Shown: piece after piece, positions 59,216-64,000 of the stretch
Layout of the letters: each line of letters begins with the position of its first letter
Position numbering within the stretch: the stretch's first letter is position 1
Assembly: GCA_946965045.2 (NCBI GenBank)
Contig: OX337240.1
Location: 992,001 to 1,056,000 of the forward strand
Length of the DNA: 64,000 nucleotides
From: Epithemia pelagica
Taxonomy: Eukaryota > Protista > Bacillariophyta
Direction of reading: 5' to 3'
The notes under the pieces: generated by a model
Databases searched by the model: none
What the model saw: only the letters and a program-made list of their open reading frames with translations
What the model was told of the DNA's origin: nothing
Made by a program: the position numbers and the translations under genes

Positions 59216-60847
59216 TCAAGTGGATTCCTTTTGGAGGGGTTTCAACCACTTGCGTCCCATCAAGTACTGACGCCATCCTTGCTGGTTTTCTGTATCTTCA
59301 CCCAGTATCTTGTTCAGATTTAAATCATTGTTGCGAAATCCCAGAATTAACTCTCGACCCGTCGTCACGGTATCATCATTATCGTCCCCGCTACTGTTGC
59401 TTGCTTCCCATCCATGACGACGACACCATGATTGGATATGGTCGGGCAATGGTTTGTCGCTAGGCCATCGCTTGCCCCGCAATTCCAACAGACAAAACCG
59501 ATTGGGACCGTACCAGACGGGTCCTTCGCCGTATCGCGTGTAACGAACACTGCATTCGGAACCAGTCGTCGAGGATGGAACCTTGGTTGCTTTCTTTCTA
59601 GTAGGTCTCTCTAGAAGGAACCGACGTCGGCGTCGGGCTCTCATGCGGCGGAGAGCATCCTCATCATACCTGTCGTACTGTTCTTCTTGTAGTTGTTGAT
59701 TAGGGTTTTCATCCTCGGTCCATTCGTAGTGATAGGTTTCTCGTGCTCCAGTACTTAATTTGGAAGAACTGGAGGGTCCAATCGAAAACCAAGACGATCG
59801 TGGCGGTGATCGGGTGGCTGACGTCGTCTTGGTTGCCGTGCCATTGACACCACCCACCGTTTCTTGAATTGTGGCAGGTTCAAGTGTGAGATCAGGTCCT
59901 TTTTTGTCCTTGGCAGTGCGATTCTTGGCTCGAGGTCGTACGTGTACGGTAAACTCCAACGATTTGGTGGTGACAGATTCGACAGGTGCTTGTGCCGTGT
60001 CCTTGCCTCGACGGCGTTTGGTTCGTCGTCGTTGGTTGGATTTGCCGTGCTGGTGGGACAATGATTCGTCGGCAGCAGTTTGTCCTTCGGACCAGTTTTC
60101 TCCATTGCGATGGACCGTCGCCTGATTCCATACCGTTCGACCATCGGGCCATTCTCCATGGACCATCCATTCGCGAGGGGACCGCTCAATAAAGGTATTG
60201 GCCGTGGCATAGGCCGATACGACCTGGTTCAAGGGAATCTTTCGTTCCGGGCTGTAGGGTCGCAGTTTGACAGATTGGAGGAGTGTTTTCTTGTCGTCTT
60301 TGGAACGATAAATAAAAAATTTTCGCGACAAGAGGGTGCCGGCCTGTGTGTATTTGGAATCGGGATGTGTCAACGAGCCATGAATCGACAATAGGTCCAT
60401 GCCAGTACTACTACTGCTGCTGCTCGCTTTCACCGCAGAAGTTTCGTCCATCTTGTCGGTTTTGCCTCTCTTTTTTGGTTTCCTTCTTCTCTTATTCTTG
60501 GGATTATTCTTCTGGTTGTCATTTTCCAGCGACAGTCGATTGTCGTCCTCCTCCACGCCACGATGGTTGGTTGGCATGGAAACAGCTTCTAAAATTTCCA
60601 TTCCCTCAACATGGGCAATTTGATCTCCAGTCAAGGGATCGTACAACCCTCCTTGATAGAGCCACGTGGATCGTCCGGTGGGTCCACATCGTGCATGAAA
60701 CCATTCGTTCAACGAAGGGTCCGCAGCAGCAGCACCACCACCAGCAGGCACGGCCGACGATGAGGACGGTTCGGCAGTGACCCACTCGGTCGATGCTCTC
60801 ACCAATAAGACGACAAGACTGCACCGTGGTAACCAATCGAGTTTCAT
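59216..60847 (-). CDS. Hypothetical protein (543 aa), possible N-terminal signal peptide
   Basis: Uninterrupted ORF with a hydrophobic N-terminus and ordered blocks (WFHARCG..WLYQGGLYDPLTG; YTRYGEGPVWYGP) between K/R/S-rich linkers. Confidence 0.75.
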   Translation of the reverse strand: MKLDWLPRCSLVVLLVRASTEWVTAEPSSSSAVPAGGGAAAADPSLNEWFHARCGPTGRSTWLYQGGLYDPLTGDQIAHVEGMEILEAVSMPTNHRGVEEDDNRLSLENDNQKNNPKNKRRRKPKKRGKTDKMDETSAVKASSSSSSTGMDLLSIHGSLTHPDSKYTQAGTLLSRKFFIYRSKDDKKTLLQSVKLRPYSPERKIPLNQVVSAYATANTFIERSPREWMVHGEWPDGRTVWNQATVHRNGENWSEGQTAADESLSHQHGKSNQRRRTKRRRGKDTAQAPVESVTTKSLEFTVHVRPRAKNRTAKDKKGPDLTLEPATIQETVGGVNGTATKTTSATRSPPRSSWFSIGPSSSSKLSTGARETYHYEWTEDENPNQQLQEEQYDRYDEDALRRMRARRRRRFLLERPTRKKATKVPSSTTGSECSVRYTRYGEGPVWYGPNRFCLLELRGKRWPSDKPLPDHIQSWCRRHGWEASNSSGDDNDDTVTTGRELILGFRNNDLNLNKILGEDTENQQGWRQYLMGRKWLKPLQKEST

Positions 60848-61100
60848 GGTGTCAAGTGCCGATTTTGATTCTCTACAATGTGATGGATGGATTTTGATCC
60901 TTCCACGTGTCCTGCCTCCAAAGAGCGACCGGTATTTAGAGCGACTCGTTTCCTCCTTCAGTCGCGGTTGTATTCACTCACCCCGTTTGGCCACCAACAT
61001 CAAAACCATCGGCCGAACATATCTCTAGAACAAAGGGTTTCAAGACAACGAATCTAGTTCGTTCATGATTTACAAACGAAGCCAGAGGGAGTTGTCATAG

Positions 61101-64000
61101 ATGACCGATTCCATGGAAGAAGAGCGAGAAGAAGAGGAACGATCTAAAGTAGTAAATGAGGTCCGGAAGAATGCTAGGACATTATTACGAGTCAACCAAA
61201 CCGACAACAGAAACACCAAGAGAAGGGCATCTCCCAGCAGTACCGAACCACCACCCTTACCACCCAGTGGATGGACTCGGTGCCATGTGTATTTACCAAA
61301 GAAACGTCGATTTTGTCGACAAACTCCTGTTCCCAATGACCCAAACTGCTATTGTGGAAATCATCAGCATTTGTCATCGTCCTTGTCCAAGGATCCAGTT
61401 GTAGTCGTAAACTACCATTGGTCCTCGGAGGGGATGTAGGATCCCTGCACGTGCCTATTTACTATAGCCCAATTTTTACTGTAGCTCATTTTTTTAGTTA
61501 GTGTATGTAAGTAAGATTGTATCAGAGCGATGGGCCAAAAACCAAAAAGTGAGCGGAAGAAACGAAACGCCACATCGAATAGAGAGTACGAAGCAGCCCA
61601 TACCAAACCAACAGCAACCAAACCATCCCCAAGAGACAGCGACCAAAGGGAAGCAACAACCAACCAGAACACAAGAGACAACACAGCAACCAAAGGGAAG
61701 CAACAACCACAACCAGCAACCACAGAAACAGCAACCAAAATGAAACAACAACCAACCCAAAGCACAGAGACAGATTTTGCAACCGAAGGCCAAAGAGTCA
61801 CAACAAGCAGAAGCACAGGGACAACAAGCAGAAGATGCAATAACCAACCAAAAAGCACAAGAGACAACACAGCAAACAAAGAGAGACCACAATAGGTAGA
61901 CCACAATAGGTGAAACAACAACCACAGGGAAACAACAACCAACCAAAAGCCCACGAGGCAACACAGCAACCCATCCAACACAACAATCAATGAGACAGCA
62001 ATCCAGGCAAAAGGAACCAACCACCAAAGAGAGACAGCCATCAAAGCAAGACAGGAACCAACCAAAAGAACAACACCGAAGCACCAAAACAAAACAACAA
62101 CCAACCAAAGCAAGGAAACAGCACCCAACCAATCACAACAACCAAATGAAGAGAGAGAGAGAGACATGGTGAGACATGCTTGAGAGGAAAGAAACAATCA
62201 AACATGAAGGAGAACTCAAAGAATGACACATACCTTGAAGGAAAGGAAGACAAGGAAGACGGACCAAAAGAGAAGCCACGACTCTCATCCAGGGTGCTAA
62301 AACAGATAGAGAACAACAATGTAAGTAAACAGATTGAAGAGAAGACAAGAGAAGAAACAAATAGGACTTACTTTGATTGATGGGTTGATGTTTTGTTGCT
62401 TCCATGGTCATTCCAACATTCCACACTAAATTTGATCGAACGAGGAAAAATGAGACCGAGAGAGGAATGAGAAACCTGCCACAGTACCGTGTGGCCCGTA
62501 GGCCACACGTAGAAGCAGTACATAACAAATGCGACCAGGGAATGCTCGCGCGCTAGAGGAAGATTTGAATTCAGACGTGCGTGACACATGACCCGGTCAC
62601 AAGTCATAAGCAATGACTGACGGTCGGTTGGGGTAGACACGATCAGTCTAATTAGCAACCATCTTCTTAAGTAACTCTGCCTAAGTGATTAGGAAAGTGC
62701 CTAAGTATCAGAATCTTACGGCTAAGTAGGTCTTTTTTATCGGATTGTTGTCGGCATGTGGAATGTCTAAGTACTACGATTACTTAGTCCCCTCCTCGGA
62801 CACAACGGAAGCGCACGACATCTGCTCCTCGTCGTGATTCTCGTCGGGGGCACTTCTCGGGGGCCTAACTCCTCGGCGGGCAATAGGTCCGAGGAGTGTA
62901 CTGCCCCGACAAATCCGCTATAAGCGGATTTGGGGCAGTACACTCCTCGGACCTATTGCCCTTCTCGGAGTTAGGCACCCTCGTCGTGCCTCCCTCCTCG
63001 TCTCACTCCTCGGAGCAGATGTAGAACTACGACAAGCATGGTATTTGTATACCAACCACCTCTACAACATCACCAACTTTACCGAAGCAACAACAGCAAC
63101 AACAACGAAAACGACCTCGTTGTCGGATTCCCTGTCCGGTAGATCCCACCCATTGGATCTTTGCAGATTCGGTCGAACGACATGTCCTCATTTGTCCCAA
63201 AACCAAACAGATTCAACAACAGCGGTTGTTGCCCTATTTTTGCCAAGATTGCAATACTGGCGGCCATGGCAACACCCCAACGAATACCCCAAACCAGCCG
63301 ACCAAGCCGCTTTCCTTGGCACACGCACAAACACTCGCCCTTGCTGTACTGGCCACGCATCAACGACTGTTTTCCAGCCAACAACAACAACAACAACGAG
63401 AACAACGGCGCACTTTGACGAATCGAGATGTACGCAAGCTGACCTTGGCCGATATCGAAAATGCCATCGAGTTGGAGGATTATTCTCTGGACAATCACCA
63501 GACCAACGACACTCGGGCAAGTAGTGCGGAGCAACAAACACCGCACGAGCCACAGAGAATTCGATTAGGGGGTGAGAAACACATGAGACAGCAACAAAGT
63601 CTCTTTGGTCATCTCAAACGGATCGACGTACCACCAAACAAGCCGAACCAACAGACAACCATTGTAGAGGTTGGAGCGGGACGAGGAATGATGGGTCTTG
63701 TGGCAGCAGCATTGCTTGCTGCAGAAGGCGCCAAGCCAAACTCATCCAAACCACCAATTAAAGCTTCTGTCGAGAATCCATCATTGGGTTCTTCACAGGA
63801 GGAGCAAGAAGAAGAACAACAACTAAAACATGAAGAACCACCAACAATGACAGCGGAAAGACCGTCGAAAACGCAATTGCTCATGATCGAACGAACCGGA
63901 TCACGTGGAAAAGCCGACAAGGCTTTTCGAAACATCAAAGATTCCTTTCATTCCATGGGAAATCTGCGAATGGACTTAGTTGACTGGCAACGTGTGGCCT
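61101..64000 (+). CDS. TRM13: tRNA:m4X 2'-O-methyltransferase TRM13, split by a 1.6-kb insertion and running off the window end
   Basis: CCCH finger RCHVYLPKKRRFC..CYCGNH before the insertion. After it: CHHC finger RIPCPVDPTHW..RHVLICP, KHMRQQQSL, VEVGAGRG, IER..RGKADK. The frame 63025-64000 has no stop (translated by hand). Confidence 0.82.
61416..63024. mobile_element. Unclassified non-coding insertion with 6-bp TSD AACTAC
   Basis: AACTAC at 61410-61415 and 63025-63030; removing one copy plus the insert restores the TRM13 frame. It has a CAA-rich degenerate minisatellite core (about 61590-62170) and a terminal foldback. Confidence 0.75.
62819..63021. repeat. GC-rich foldback/palindrome
   Basis: Perfect 30-bp arms 62878-62907 and 62932-62961; inner 9-bp arms 62911-62919 and 62923-62931; outer 10-bp arms 62863-62872 with 62967-62976 and 62819-62828 with 63012-63021. 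Confidence 0.92.

Noticed and set aside
61412-62197. 261-aa and 212-aa Leu/Val/Cys-rich minus-strand ORFs resembling membrane proteins
   Set aside because: Artefacts of the TTG/GTT-rich complement of the CAA minisatellite.
1-64000. rRNA, tRNA genes and prokaryotic systems
   Set aside because: None recognised. The only tRNA-like sequences are the short PBS complements. Most short ORFs in the track are antisense shadows of TE genes.

Overview
Eukaryotic nuclear DNA, most likely a diatom or other stramenopile. This is inferred from CoDi-like copia elements, an Ambal-like LINE, a helicase-associated (HA) repeat gene and short GT-AG introns. About 75% of the window is transposable element (summed from my boundaries). 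In order: copia element 1 (+, 1-6256); degenerate copia element 2 (-, 6697-15763), whose gag 5' half is replaced by about 4.4 kb carrying an intron-containing RAG1/Transib-like recombinase pseudogene; a full-length APE-RT-RNaseH LINE with a 16-bp TSD (15794-23972); a TIR-bounded 3.4-kb unit carrying a 5-oxoprolinase fragment and a Crinkler-like REase+kinase ORF (24373-27732); young copia element 3 with a 5-bp TSD (-, 28480-38552); an HA-repeat host gene; decayed inverted-repeat DNA (42-47 kb); a complete split-direct-repeat (Ngaro/PAT-type) tyrosine-recombinase retrotransposon (47485-55596); a PIF/Harbinger MITE; a hypothetical secreted-protein gene; and a TRM13 tRNA methyltransferase gene interrupted by a 1.6-kb insertion that could be spliced out in frame. 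The strongest leads are the RAG1-like gene, the introner-like TRM13 insertion, the packaged REase-kinase, and non-TG..CA LTR ends with half-tRNA-type primer sites. All family assignments come from motifs recognised by eye; no searches were run.
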